DNA of 64,000 nt from the NCBI GenBank assembly GCA_965112155.1, contig OZ218103.1. One strand, given 5' to 3'. The notes under the pieces were generated by a model. That model did no database searches and was not told where the DNA came from. It was given only the letters and a program-made list of their open reading frames with translations. The position numbers were made by a program, and so were the translations under genes. This stretch comes from Podarcis liolepis. Its lineage: Eukaryota. Positions 12,027 to 24,572 of the stretch are shown here, piece by piece (the first letter of the stretch is position 1; each line of letters opens with the position of its first letter).

Positions 12027-12302
12027 NNNNNNNNNNNNNNNNNNNNNNNNNNNNNNNNNNNNNNNNNNNNNNNNNNNNNNNNNNNNNNNNNNNNNNNNNN
12101 NNNNNNNNNNNNNNNNNNNNNNNNNNNNNNNNNNNNNNNNNNNNNNNNNNNNNNNNNNNNNNNNNNNNNNNNNNNNNNNNNNNNNNNNNNNNNNNNNNNN
12201 NNNNNNNNNNNNNNNNNNNNNNNNNNNNNNNNNNNNNNNNNNNNNNNNNNNNNNNNNNNNNNNNNNNNNNNNNNNNNNNNNNNNNNNNNNNNNNNNNNNN
12301 NN
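12027..12302. other. Assembly gap (N run)
   Basis: Run of N. Confidence 1.
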
Positions 12303-12533
12303 CCTTTTGTAGAGAAAAAGGAACAGTCAAATTTTCACACATTGAAGTTTCATTCTGGCATACAAATTAATGATAAATTATTAAGAGATCAAACATTGTA
12401 TTATAGCCAACATAAGTACTTGCAGCAAACTCAGGTGGTGTTTCAGGGAGACATTTTCTGGGTGTATTTGTGTGTGTGGTTTTTTAAAAAATCAGTGATG
12501 AGTGTCTTCTAATGCAAAGCTGTCTCTCTGCAG

Positions 12534-12643
12534 GAGTTATTCCTGATGAGACTAAGGCTTTGTCTCTCCTGGCACCAGCTAACGCTGTGGCAGGTCTTCT
12601 GCCGGGGGGTGGACTCCTGCCTACACCCAACCCACTTTCTCAG
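12534..12643 (+). CDS. SRSF11: SRSF11 coding exon 3
   Basis: GVIPDETKALSLLAPANAVAGLLPGGGLLPTPNPLSQ; CAG / GTAAGT; 110 nt. Confidence 0.96.
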
Positions 12644-14054
12644 GTAAGTATACATCTTACGAGATGCATGCTAGAATGTACAACTGCATATATCTGTATC
12701 TTCTGAGATAACACCCATTTACACCAAAACAGAAAAAAAATGTATAACAGGATTGTGGCAGGTAAGAATCCAGATAACCATGCCTCTCGTTTTAAAGAAC
12801 TCTCTGGTTTGAAACTTGATTCATGGTTATGCTTTGAAAGATGTCCCATTTATTCATTAAAATATAAAGTGGGAAGACATGCCAGGGGTGGGGAGACGAG
12901 CAGTTTTTGTAGTTGCAGAAGTGACTTTTGCAGTCTTCTGGGGTGTCCCCACTTCCAGTATAACAGTGCGCCTTCATGAGCAGTTAGTTGAGAGGATTAG
13001 CTGGCTGCATAACAAGGTTGAAGAAAGACAGTTTTCAGGCAGGCAACAAGAACTATCACACTAACACACAGTGTGATACTGGTAATGCTATTCTTATTTC
13101 TCACACAGCCTCCTCAATACTTTCCCTGCACTAGGACTGTACTGTGGAGGCTGGAGTTAATGAAAAAAGCTTTCTAACTTCAGAAGTCCCAGTAGAGGAG
13201 TATTCTAAAAGCTAACTGTAGAGATTTTCATCAAAGCTATACAGAAGAAACCTCTGCTGTAGGTTTCAGAAAACTGCTTTCTTGGGGCTTCCAAAGGTCA
13301 CTCTAGTCCTGCCCATGTTTTCTTGGATAAAACCCCTAAAATAGGTCTGTAGTCAATAAGTTTAGCAGCGCTAGATTCTGTCCATAATGGGATCTTGTTA
13401 AAAGTGTACAAGTAGTTTTAGTAGCAAAGCCGGCATTGAGCATAGGCTTGACCCTGTGCCATATGGTAGTATGTCTGTTGCAGGCTAGAATGCCACAGAA
13501 CCCAGCAACTTAATCACAGCTGCCTCTTAAACTTATTTTAAACTTGTTAGCGTGCTGTTGGTTAGACATCCATGAACTTGGACTGTCACCTGATCAAGTG
13601 ATTAAACTTTCTTTAATTGTACAAGTTGCTGTTAGCTAATCAATTGATTAAATCTGCACCTGCATAGATCAGTAGTTCTTAAGAAGCAGAGCATGTTTTA
13701 TGGATCAGGTTACTTGGAAGTAAGTCCCAATGATACAGACAATTAGTCTGCTTGGAAGTGCACATTGTGACACCTTGCCTTGGTGGCAGGGTGGTTTACT
13801 CATCCTTTTTCCTTTCAAAGACAATTTCAACAGGTGAGGTGAAGACTAGAAATTGCACCCGTGCACAAGAGTTATGAGTCGCATGCATGCATCTTTCCTT
13901 CTATCACCTGCTGATTAGAGAGGAGGGAAATGTCAGAACATTAATTTCTAAAGTCAATCAGGGACTTAACTAATTTGAAAATCTTAAATCGATTAATTGG
14001 GTTAATTAATCAAACTTTGCATTCCTAACTAGGACACACATGCTAGATAACAGG

Positions 14055-14230
14055 GAGTGATAGTATATATGCTTTCCAGAAAGCTCAGATTCAATCCCCA
14101 GAATCACTATTCAGGTAGCAAATAACAGGAAATACTTTTTCATATGCTGGAGAGCTGCTATGATTTAGCGTAGAAAATGCTAGGTTAGAATTATAGTAGT
14201 CTTACCCCTGTATAAGTCAGCTTCCTATGT
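14055..14230 (+). mobile_element. Degraded tRNA-head SINE with CR1-like tail
   Basis: gattcaatcccca B-box remnant and tail gtataagtcagcttcctatg; related to the minus-strand copy at 57859-58178. Confidence 0.45.
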
Positions 14231-14394
14231 CGCTTCATATTAATGTGCTGCAAGTCATTTTACATCAGTACTTGAACGTTATGCAGAACAGTTCAAAACT
14301 ATTCCTTGCCTTGTGCAAATGGTGGAAGCTGTTTTCTTGATTGTACATTCTGGTATAATATGCTGTCTACTTCTATTGATTCTCTTTATTATAG

Positions 14395-14487
14395 ATTGGT
14401 GCTGTTCCCTTGGCTGCTTTAGGAGCTCCAACTCTTGACCCAGCCCTGGCTGCTCTAGGGCTTCCTGCAGCAAATTTAAACTCGCAG
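14395..14487 (+). CDS. SRSF11: SRSF11 coding exon 4
   Basis: IGAVPLAALGAPTLDPALAALGLPAANLNSQ; TAG / GTATAT; 93 nt. Confidence 0.95.
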
Positions 14488-15737
14488 GTATATTGCTTGT
14501 GTTACATTCACATACACTTAAGTTTATTTTTAATTTGTGAATTTAACGGGGGGATAAAAAAATAAGCATAATTTTTTGGAAACGAAAAATATTATTAATG
14601 TATACCACCATCAGTGCACCTTAAGGGTACAGTAGCCATCAGTACAGCCATCTTGTGTCAATAATCCAAATAGGTACCCACATGAAATTGGTGTCTGTAA
14701 GACATGTGTTCAGATATAGCCAGGGCAGCGAGGTCCTCGGACCACTGCATGCAGATAGCAGGTGTTTATCCTTTAGGGCTTGCAGTATAAGTCTTTCAGC
14801 AACTAAGGGCTCACAGTGTCCATTTTTTGGTTGTGCCTTTAATTTTTGTACTGTGGGAATATAATTTCAAAGTACATGAGCATCTGCAAATATAAAGTAT
14901 TTTACCACTACAAAATTGATATGGACAGCAACTTCAGACCACTGGAGAAGTTCATAGCATATGTCTCAATGAGGTATTTTCAGCATTACACCTCCATCCA
15001 GCATTATCTGTAATAGACAGTGCCTTTCTTTACGGATGTTGTAGAGTGCAGCATACCTGGAATATTAATTTTTGCTGTATCAATCTCAATTTCAAATCTA
15101 AAGAAACATTTCATATTGATTTTGAAGCATTTTTTATTTGTTTAGGCTCTACTATATACTGCTTTGGACACTATATACTGCTTTGATCTAGAATTTAATG
15201 AAACTGATACTTAACCGTTAAGAACATTCAGCAATGAGTTAAACATGATTTTACATCAAGCATTACACCTCCAGTATAAAAATTACAATAATTAGTCTTT
15301 CTATTATTTTTATAGATTTGTAGCTATTTCCCCAAGCCCCATTTGTTTAGAGACTCCATGGAATTTACATTTGTTTAGTCCTGCAGGGTTCAAACTGTGC
15401 TTTTTAACATCATGAAAATGCAAGATTTGAGATACAATGTCACTGATATCCAACACTGTTCCTCCATTTCATATAATTCAGATGAAGCAATTGATTTGTT
15501 AAATCTTTATCTCAGCCCAGGATCAGGGCCTATAAAGCTCAGTCCGGACAAAACATTTGGTGAAACTTTGGTCTTTATCATTACTCATGTTCATATGACC
15601 AATTTGATATATAAAACACAGGGTAGCACTACCCACTGGCAGAGCTTCTTGTTGTATATATTTTATTTTGCTTTAAAAGTTTCATTTGATTGAGATTTTC
15701 TTAAATAAATGAAATGGATTGTGTGTTTAAAATCGTA

Positions 15738-15943
15738 CAGTCATACCTCAGGTTACGAACACTGCGGGTTGCGCGTTTTCAGGTTGCAGACTGCACCAAA
15801 CCCGGAAGTACCGGAACAGGTTACTTCTGGGTTTCAACGCATGTGCAGAAGCGCTGAATTGTGTCACGTGTGTGCAGATGCAGCGCTGAGGGTTGTGTAC
15901 GTGCCTCCCGCATGGATCGCGTTCGCATCCCGAGGTATGACTG
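15738..15943. mobile_element. Tc1/mariner (Tigger-like) MITE
   Basis: TIRs CAGTCATACCTC ... GAGGTATGACTG flanked by TA on both sides; CpG-rich interior. Confidence 0.85.
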
Positions 15944-16994
15944 TATTCATGTGGCCTGTCCTCAAAGCCAAAGTTTTGCAAGAGTTAGTTATTGTTACTT
16001 CATCAGCATATTCTGTATTATGAACTCTTACTCATTCTCTTTAGGGGTTGTCTCTACTCAAACAGGGCATCACGCAGGCAAGCTCTATATTTATATCTAT
16101 GGTCAATTGACCCCCACTATCCTATTTCCTAGTGTGGCTAGATTTGATTAGATTTGCTTACCTTTAAAAATTTTGCAGATGAAAATTGCTGGAATCTTTA
16201 GAGTCGCATACTTATCTATTATAAAGGTTATGTAGAAAACTTGTAATCCAGAGCAAAATTTCTAAAGTGTGAGTCTCAGTAAACTCAGTGCAACTGACTT
16301 CACACTAAACAGATTAGGATTATGTTGCACTGGCTAACTTTAAAAGCTCATAGTTATCCACCATTGGAGTTCACACTTGGGGGTAACACAACTTCTAAGC
16401 AACTATCCATCTTGGAGACTAGCTATATAAGAACTTTTGACCCGTAGTCAAGTTTAATATATAATTTAGCTTGTAAAATAAAACTATAGGCACAATTGAG
16501 AATTAAATGTGCATTGCAACTTTAAAATCTAACTTTACTGACAAGAACCACATCTGTCAATTAGATTAAAGTACCATTAATGTTTAGAAAACAATTGCTA
16601 CAAATATAGCACAAGTTTAGCTTCGCTCTTTTCACTCAACAGTTTAACTGTTAAACCCTTGGCATTTTAAACAAACAGTAAAATGAAGACCAGTTCTTCA
16701 GCAAACTGGACGCTCTCAATCAATGCAGTTGAGAATTAAGTGCTGACATTAACCACTACAGGTCAGAAAGAAAATTGCTGTTCTATGCCTGGAACACTGT
16801 GACCCTATCAGAGAACATTAGGTGACTACTTCCATGAGTCAGAGAATTTTTTTTGCATATTCGCTTCTTTAATCTGCAAATGTCTGCTCATTTGGGTTAG
16901 ATTTAGGGGCTGTTTGGATATTCTTTCCTTCCCTTCTGCAAATTTTTGACTTCTTTCAATGTTAAAAGCAATTTTTGATTAATTTTCTTTACAG

Positions 16995-17044
16995 TCTCTT
17001 GCAGCAGATCAACTACTAAAGCTTATGAGCACAGTGGATCCAAA
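16995..17044 (+). CDS. SRSF11: SRSF11 coding exon 5
   Basis: SLAADQLLKLMSTVDP(K); CAG / GTAAGT; 50 nt. Confidence 0.95.
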
Positions 17045-17190
17045 GTAAGTTTCAATTTTGATGTTTAAACTATCATATTATAAAATAAATTTATAGGACA
17101 CTTCATGTGCTTAAAGCCATAGAAGCAGTGTAAAAGATAAAAAGAGAGTAAAACACACCTGGAGAAGGGCAGTGCATGCACATCATGATA

Positions 17191-17457
17191 AACCATAGTT
17201 AATGATTTACTGTGTACATATGATTTTCCCTCTGCTTCTCCCACAGTCTGAGTGGGAGCAGCAAACCATAATCCCTGGTTTAGCATTACATCCAAATAAA
17301 GGATCATGGTTTATTTGGGTGAAGCAAACCGTGATTCTCAGTTCAGATGTAGCGCTAAGCCAGGGATCATGCTTTGCTGTTCCATTCACACTACAAATTG
17401 AATGAGAGGAGCAAATTGGGAACTATCTTGGCATTCATGATAAACCATTAACTATGG
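17191..17457. repeat. Long imperfect inverted repeat (old MITE-like element)
   Basis: ccatagttaatgattta pairs with taaaccattaactatgg; cagcaaaccataatccctggtttagcattacatc pairs with gatgtagcgctaagccagggatcatgctttgctg. Confidence 0.7.
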
Positions 17458-18022
17458 GGCAGTGTGATCCATGCTCGTAGGAAACGGAGGTCAGTTTGTA
17501 GAGAGCCTCTAGAGTATTTTTATTGTAGAAACCAACATCTTTTATTGCAGAGGAAGCAACATTTTTTAATGCTGTTGCGGATCTAAGGCCTATTACTTTG
17601 CCAGTTCTTAACTTGTCTTTTTGCTTTTAATGGTTATATTGAAGTTTTGATTTTGTATTTTTGGTCAATTGAGTTGAATATATGTACTATAGCTACCTAT
17701 TCATCCAGTTTTGGATAAACAGAGATGGGGAGCCGGACCACTCTATTGGTTCTACTAAGATGCTTCTCTTCCTTTGGTTTTTTCTCTCCTGCCACGATTT
17801 TAATCCCAACTGCATACAACTTTGAAACTTTTAGAATTAGTGCCCATGTTTGATTGAGCCATCAATCAAATGTTTTCTTACCATCACTTTTTCCTTTTGT
17901 GTTGTATCTGTTATGAGCCTATGGGTGGGGACTCCTGTTTTATTAATCATCTGTCAGTTCCTTTGTTACCATTTTCAAAAGAAGAAGGGAGTAAAAATAA
18001 ATGATATATTTTTGGTTTCTAG

Positions 18023-18150
18023 GCTGAACCATGTAGCTGCAGGTCTCGTTTCACCAAGTCTGAAAACAGATACCTCCAGTAAAGAAATAGAAGAAGCCAT
18101 GAAACGAGTACGAGAAGCACAATCCCTGATTTCTGCTGCTATAGAGCCAG
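18023..18150 (+). CDS. SRSF11: SRSF11 coding exon 6
   Basis: LNHVAAGLVSPSLKTDTSSKEIEEAMKRVREAQSLISAAIEP; TAG / GTAAAC; 128 nt. Confidence 0.96.
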
Positions 18151-18229
18151 GTAAACTGATCTTGACTGTCTTTCTTATATTACAAAAACTACTTGTTGTT
18201 AGAATGCCAATGACATCAAATTCTGCAGG

Positions 18230-19088
18230 ATGGTAAAATGGGGGCATGGGATTGAGAAGAGCTCCAAGAGATCTATCCAGTGTCAACGAATGGGCAATGA
18301 ATTGTCAAATGCTGTTCAGTGGAAGAAAGTATAAAGTGAGGCGAATTGGTGCTATCTTTGTCCATACGCTGATGGGTTCTGAACCGGCAATGTCTGACAT
18401 GAAAAGATATTATGTAGTTGTTGTGAGTAGCTCCATGAAAAAGATCAACTCAGCATGCAACAGTTGTGAAAGGCAAATTTTGTGTTACAAATAGTTTAGA
18501 AAAAGAGACCATAATGATTTCATACACCTGTGGTGTCACCACACTTGGAAGACTGTGCAGCCCTAGTCTCAAAAAAGGATATCATAGAGCAGAAAAACAT
18601 GATGCCCATCAAAATGGGCAGTTCTTCTACAAAGAAATATGATGTATGGAGCTATCTGCTTTAGCAAAAACGATGAATAAGAAAGAATGTGACAGAGGTG
18701 TATAATATTTATGCATGAAGTAGAGTTTTCTTCATTGTGGGGTCATCCAGCAAAACTGAATGCTGGGTCATTCAGGACTGACAAAAGGCGGTACTTCACA
18801 CGTGGTGATGGCTAGCTACTAACTTAGAGGGCTTTAAAGGGCAAATAGATAAATTCATGGAGGATAAGGATATCAGTGGCTACTTGTCATGATGGATGTA
18901 TACTACTTCCTAGATCGGCAGCAGTATGCTCCTGAAAATACCACTTGCTAAGTAACAACACCAGAAGACTTTTGTTCACACGCCCTGCTTATGGGCTTCT
19001 CATAGGAAGCAAATAAACTTCTGCAGAAGATGGGATCCTGCGCTAAATAAACCTTTGATGTGATCCAGCAGGGCAGCTCTTAAGATCT
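18230..19088 (+). mobile_element. Degraded CR1 LINE (RT C-terminal region and 3' UTR)
   Basis: Translation DLSSVNEWAMNCQMLFSGRKYKVRRIG resembles the CR1 ORF2 motif DL..L..W....QM.FN..KCKVMH.G; frameshifted; CR1-like 3' end. Confidence 0.7.
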
Positions 19089-19370
19089 CAGCGTTGAACA
19101 AAACTTTGGCCTGCTTGTATATTTTAGGCACTTTGGCTTTAAAAAAATACCATGAAAGTTCTTCATCTCTTAATGAATGTAAGCTTGCAATTTCATAGAA
19201 TGGTTGTGTTAAAGAATTCAGACATAGGAATTGATGGTTTTTCTCTCTTGAGTAAAAAAAACCTCATTCACTTTCTGCTTTTTGTACAGAGTGCCCCCGA
19301 AGGCAGGCAGCCAAACATAGATGTCATGTGATAATGAAAGGATTCCAACTTTTTAATATTTTAATTCCAG

Positions 19371-19452
19371 ATAAAAAAGATGACAAGAGAAGGCATTCAA
19401 GATCCAGATCACGTTCAAGAAGGAGGAGAACTCCATCTTCTTCTAGACACAG
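19371..19452 (+). CDS. SRSF11: SRSF11 coding exon 7 (RS domain start)
   Basis: DKKDDKRRHSRSRSRSRRRRTPSSSRH; CAG / GTAAAA; 82 nt. Confidence 0.95.
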
Positions 19453-19894
19453 GTAAAATTTAGTGAGGTGGGATCATTGACAGTCCAAAATCAAAGTGCT
19501 TTAGGATATTTCTCTTGTTATGCTCCTTTATAAATATATGACAATAGAAAAGAGTTTTGTGTATCTAGGATTTGAAAGTGAGTAAAAGGGCAGACTTTTA
19601 CCAGGTTATGGGTGAAATTACGTTGCACAGAACATGTTCTCAAACCCTGATTATATCCTTGATTCAACATAATAAGCTGCATTTATGGAATATTAAAACT
19701 ATCAATTTAGCATGGTTGGTGCTGGAAAGAGTTGCATCAAAAGATGGCCACAATTATTGTGAAGGTAACTTTGAAGGTCAACTTCATTGAGATAAATTGA
19801 GAAGTTGGTTATGGGGACAGCTCAATCACAGTAAGTAAAGTATGGTACAATACAATACAGTAAGATGAATATTAAATATTGTTCTGTTCAATAG

Positions 19895-20026
19895 ACGGTC
19901 AAGAAGCCGATCAAGGAGACGATCTCACTCAAAATCAAGAAGCAGGAGACGATCTAAAAGTCCTCGGCGACGGAGGTCGCATTCCAGAGAGCGTGTTCGA
20001 AGGTCTCGGAGCACATCCAAACCCAG
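19895..20026 (+). CDS. SRSF11: SRSF11 coding exon 8 (RS)
   Basis: RSRSRSRRRSHSKSRSRRRSKSPRRRRSHSRERVRRSRSTSKP; TAG / GTAATC; 132 nt. Confidence 0.95.
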
Positions 20027-20192
20027 GTAATCCCTAGAAACTTAGTACATCCTTCAATACGAAAAGTATCAGAATTACAATCTTGGCTATTAGAAAGTCA
20101 GAGCTATAGCTACAGGAGTTTGATAAATTCATTATGCAAGGACAGTGAGAGAGCTAATCTGCTTATACCTTTTTTATCTAATTGTTTTTTAG

Positions 20193-20282
20193 AGACAAGA
20201 AGAAAGAAGAGAAAGAGAAGAAACGGTCTAAAACTCCACCAAAGAGTTACAGCACAGCCAGACGATCCAGAAGCACAAGCAG
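20193..20282 (+). CDS. SRSF11: SRSF11 coding exon 9
   Basis: DKKKEEKEKKRSKTPPKSYSTARRSRSTS; TAG / GTGCCG; 90 nt. Confidence 0.93.
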
Positions 20283-21089
20283 GTGCCGTATAATCTTTAA
20301 TCTTGTATTTACTTTGCAAAAGTAATTGTGCATATCCTGCTGCATCGGACTGACCAAAAGGGTTATATAGTATCAAATAAAAGCATTTTCTTTGAACTAC
20401 AGGGCTTCACATAACAAAGATGATGTAAAACATACTTAATGAGTTCATTTATGTAAGTTTTTCCTGTCTTGAGAGCCAGCAGACCCATTTCATGCAGGCA
20501 TCTTGCAGTCTGAACTGTAGGTAGGCAGGTTGCTCTTTCCTATACACATAGCCCCCTTTTACTTTCCATTTCTAAGGAGTAACAAAACCATAGGGTTGTA
20601 TCTGACACTGCATGAGCAGAAAGCAAGCTGATGTGAGAGATCTTTACCTTCCCTTCCTCACCCCATACCTTCTCTCCGAAAAGCCTGTCCAAAGGTCAGC
20701 TGTCCCCCCACCCAACCAACCAAGGAAGGCGATTCCTTTATTGACAAAAGCTCGCACTTACAGCAGCTCCTAAGGTGCACCAGAAGCATACAAACACTTC
20801 TAGTGTTTACGTAGCTGGCATTAACTTTCCCATGTTTGTGCCCCAGTGGAGCAGTTGAAGCAACAGTGGGACCATGCGCCCTCCCCCCAGGCTTATGTAT
20901 CCTCATTTGACGGAATACACACACGCAACCTGAGACTTCTCTTGCACAGAAGTCGTTGCTGCGCCTCCCCCTTCAAGACCCTCCTGGTTCTGTATAGACA
21001 ACATGGGTATCATGGGAATGTTAAAGTGATACTTAAAAACAATGGAGATGTTTATTTGAAGGCATCTTGACTTCTGTTATTAACTACAG

Positions 21090-21185
21090 AGAAAGACGGC
21101 GCAGAAGAAGCAGAAGTGGATCTAGGTCACCTAAAAAGCCCAGGTCTCCCAAGAGAAAGCCGTCCAGGTCTCCTTCACCAAAAAG
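21090..21185 (+). CDS. SRSF11: SRSF11 coding exon 10
   Basis: ERRRRRSRSGSRSPKKPRSPKRKPSRSPSPK; CAG / GTTTGT; 96 nt. Confidence 0.94.
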
Positions 21186-22484
21186 GTTTGTTTATTTAAC
21201 AAATCCATAAACTGTAGACTTCTGCTTTGGGAAGGACACAGTGAGAAGGCATCCGTCTCATTGTTGCCAGGAAATCCTTGGAGCATGTTATTTTGTTAAT
21301 AAGTGTACTTAGATTACCATGACTGTGGCCATTTGAGCAAACTATGGTATATACTGGGATATGTTAAAAGGATTATAGCTTTTATTATGTTATTTTTATA
21401 AATGTTCTTTGCTATATAACATCATGTCAAAAGTGATGACCATATGAGTTGTAGAATTTCCTTTTTTTTATACCTGTACACATCTTGGTTTATTTAGTGT
21501 CTCCATTGTTGTCCTGCTTTATGGTTAGTTAGTGGCTAGTGCCTGATGCTGCCTGTGATCTTTTAGAAACAAAAAATACTGTGTTTTTGAAAGGAAAGGA
21601 ACAGTGTAGCTTGTGAGTTGGACCTATCACACCCAAAATTGGGTGAAATAATTTCTTAGTCTGCCATCTTGATTCAGAATGGTGCCCAGAACCCTTGTGG
21701 TGATTCTGGTAATGGTAATTTGAGAGGTGGCCGAAGCTATGTCAAAATGGCCAAAGTCACACTAAAGTGATGTTTCAGTCCACCACCTTGATTCACAACA
21801 GTGCCAAGTAGCAACAAAGTCTGCTGTCCCGCCGAAGGAACCCTCATGCTAAGTTTGGTGATGATATTGCGAGAAGCAACCAAACCTGTGCGAAAAATTG
21901 AAGAAGTGACATTTCTCTCTGCTGACTTGATTTAAAATGTCAGCCAGCATCCAAACATTTACAAAAATCACTATCTCCACTTTGTTTGGCAATGATATCT
22001 CAAGAGGCCGCTGCACCTATAGAGAACAGACGGACTGACAAATCGCTTTCCAAAATATATAATAGTTTAAAATTCTGGGCTGAGAAGGCATTTTAAAAAC
22101 TAAAATCAGATTGATAGGAGGGCCTGTTACATTCATTTTAGTGCTTGTAGCCAATACAGTTGATATTTTTGTGTGAATAATTTTATATACTTCTAAGGAG
22201 AGTGGAATTGTTTGGATGGTTTTTTTAGTAAACTAGCCTTTATAGAATTATAGGCAAGAGTAAATTTCTTTAGCTTGAATCTGAATATTACCAACAGATC
22301 AGTCCAGCAAAAATCTCACCCTCAGCAGAACCAGTTTTGGATGTACAGCTTGCCATAACCATACTTTTTGTTCAAATTTGGCTTCTGGCTACTTGAAGGG
22401 GGGCAGGGAGGAGAACTGAAATATTTCACTGATCATATAAAATGCCTATATTTCTCAGTTTCTTGAATTATCTTACTGCCTTAG

Positions 22485-22623
22485 GCACAAAAAAGAGAAG
22501 AAAAAGGATAAAGATAAGGAGAGAACCAGGGATGAACGCGAGAGGTCAACAAGCAAGAAGAAAAAGAGTAAAGACAAAGAGAAGGATCGAGAGAGAAAGT
22601 CAGAGAGTGACAAAGATGTCAAA
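22485..22623 (+). CDS. SRSF11: SRSF11 coding exon 11
   Basis: HKKEKKKDKDKERTRDERERSTSKKKKSKDKEKDRERKSESDKDVK; TAG / GTATGC; 139 nt. Confidence 0.94.
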
Positions 22624-22740
22624 GTATGCTTTAAAAATCTGTTTTGTTTGTTTGTGCAGTGTCCTAATTTATCCTAGAATCCCAAAAGCCTTTAAGCATG
22701 TCTTACATATTTTGCTTTGTGTTTTATCTTGGCAAAGCAG

Positions 22741-22932
22741 GTCACAAGGGATTATGATGAAGAAGAACAAGGCTATGATAGTGAAAAAGAGAAAAAGGAG
22801 GAAAAGGCAGCAGATTCTACTTCCCCAAAACATAGGGAGTCACCAGCCGAAAAAGGGAGCGGAGATACAACAAGGGAGTCCAAAGTCAATGGGGATGATC
22901 ATCATGAAGAGGATATGGATATGAGTGACTGA
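22741..22932 (+). CDS. SRSF11: SRSF11 final coding exon (NAGNAG acceptor; alternative start 22738)
   Basis: VTRDYDEEEQGYDSEKEKKEEK...NGDDHHEEDMDMSD*, matches the SRSF11 C-terminus; total CDS 1374 nt. Confidence 0.96.
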   Translation, partial: VTRDYDEEEQGYDSEKEKKEEKAADSTSPKHRESPAEKGSGDTTRESKVNGDDHHEEDMDMSD

Positions 22933-24035
22933 ATATTGCCTTGGCAGTGAAAACAGTTGCCGACATGCATCAGTGTCATTCCTGTGTGATTCCTTTATGC
23001 TGTACTTGTTTAACCTTTTAAGCTAGATGTACACAGCTGTAACTATAACTGGTTGTAAAGCTCCTGATATTAAATAATTACATCAAAAGCTTTAGAGAAA
23101 GTGATGTCTGGGTTTCCATTCTTGTTATTGGCCAAACTGAATTGAGTAGCCCAGCAGTTCTTATTAAACTTGGTGCTGCTTTTTTCATTTTTGAGCAAAA
23201 AGCTGCATGCATCTTTGGCAGGCATGGACTGTTTGTGTTGTATGATCTTTTTAGTAAACCAGCTCACCTACAATAGTGTTTCTAGAGTTTGATTCATTTG
23301 CGGTAATAGAGCAAAATAGGGAATGCACTGGCTGCATGTTAACTGTGGCAAGAACATCCTCATCTCCTACAACATGGTGGATCTACTAAGGGTCTTAAAT
23401 GTAGACAAAGAAACTAACATTAGCTTCATCTGGAAACAAACGTTCTGATAGACATAGATAACCTTTTTAGCCTTGTGGCTAAATCTTTTTGTTGTGGATT
23501 TGTTTGGCTTTGGCAAGGTTGAAATGCACTAGCCTTTTTTGATGCCCAATGTAAGGTGAACTTCCAGTCTAAATCCTTCTCAGGTGGTGTGTTTGATTTT
23601 TGACAACTTGGACTTCTTGAGATAGTAATGCAAAACTTCTGTAAGACAGGAGGGAGTGAACCTTGTGTAGTTAGTTCTTCATAACCTGCGTTTATTTCAT
23701 TTTGTTTGTATGTGTAAAAACCCTGCAAAAAAGGATAGTGCATTTAAAAAAATTGAACTTCATGATAATTTTAAAACATGATGATTTTAAAACAAGTCTA
23801 CTTGATAATGTACTTGATCGCAAGTTGTATAAACTAATAAATTTGTGTTACAGTCACTGAAGTAGTAACCTTTTGCACACAGTGATTTCCTGTTATTATG
23901 CAAAGTAGTTGGGCAACCTCTTTTAGTTCTGGACGTTTTTGGAGCATTTACTTTTGTGCTGGTAAAAACAAAAGTAGGCTACAGTCTGTGCCATGTTGAT
24001 GTACAGTTTCTGAAATTGTTTTACAAGACTTTGAT

Positions 24036-24041
24036 AATAAA
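24036..24041 (+). terminator. SRSF11: SRSF11 polyadenylation signal (a second AATAAA at 23836-23841)
   Basis: AATAAA about 1.1 kb after the stop, followed by U/GU-rich sequence. Confidence 0.65.
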
Positions 24042-24446
24042 ACCCTTAAATATACACTTGTATTTGTACTACAGTGTACATGTATCTATTTATGCTATTG
24101 ACTTGTATGGCATTACCTCACTTGTCTCCTATTCACGTTTCCATTTAGGACCAGGCATAAACTGATGCATAACTCTGCTTCCAGGCGTTTCCCACATTAC
24201 TTTGGGAATGGGAGAACAAAAAGCAAGTGTTACAGCAAGTCCTTAAAAGAGGAAATAATACAATGTAGTCTAAAGCTTTCTTTATCACTGGAATGTCAAC
24301 TCCTTGACCTGTATTTCTATTTTTAAAAAGTGGGAAAATAAGGTAACATCCAAGTGCCATTCATTCTGAATGCCAATCTTTCAAAGAAAACTTGCTCTGA
24401 TAACCAGTGAAGGCTGATAGAAGTTACATGTTAGTAACCATATTGG

Positions 24447-24572
24447 GTGGGTAACCTGTGGCCCTCTAAATGCTGTTGCACTCTCATCAACTCCCAGCAG
24501 TATGGCTGGGGGTTAGGATGATGGAAATTGTAGTCCAGCATCATGTGGAGAGTCACAGGTTAGCCATGCCTG
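24447..24572. mobile_element. Degraded hAT-type palindromic MITE
   Basis: aacctgtggccctct ... agagtcacaggtt inverted arms; same family as 52628 and 57918. Confidence 0.6.

Noticed and set aside
11238-12512. Long ORFs full of X
   Set aside because: Created by the N gaps
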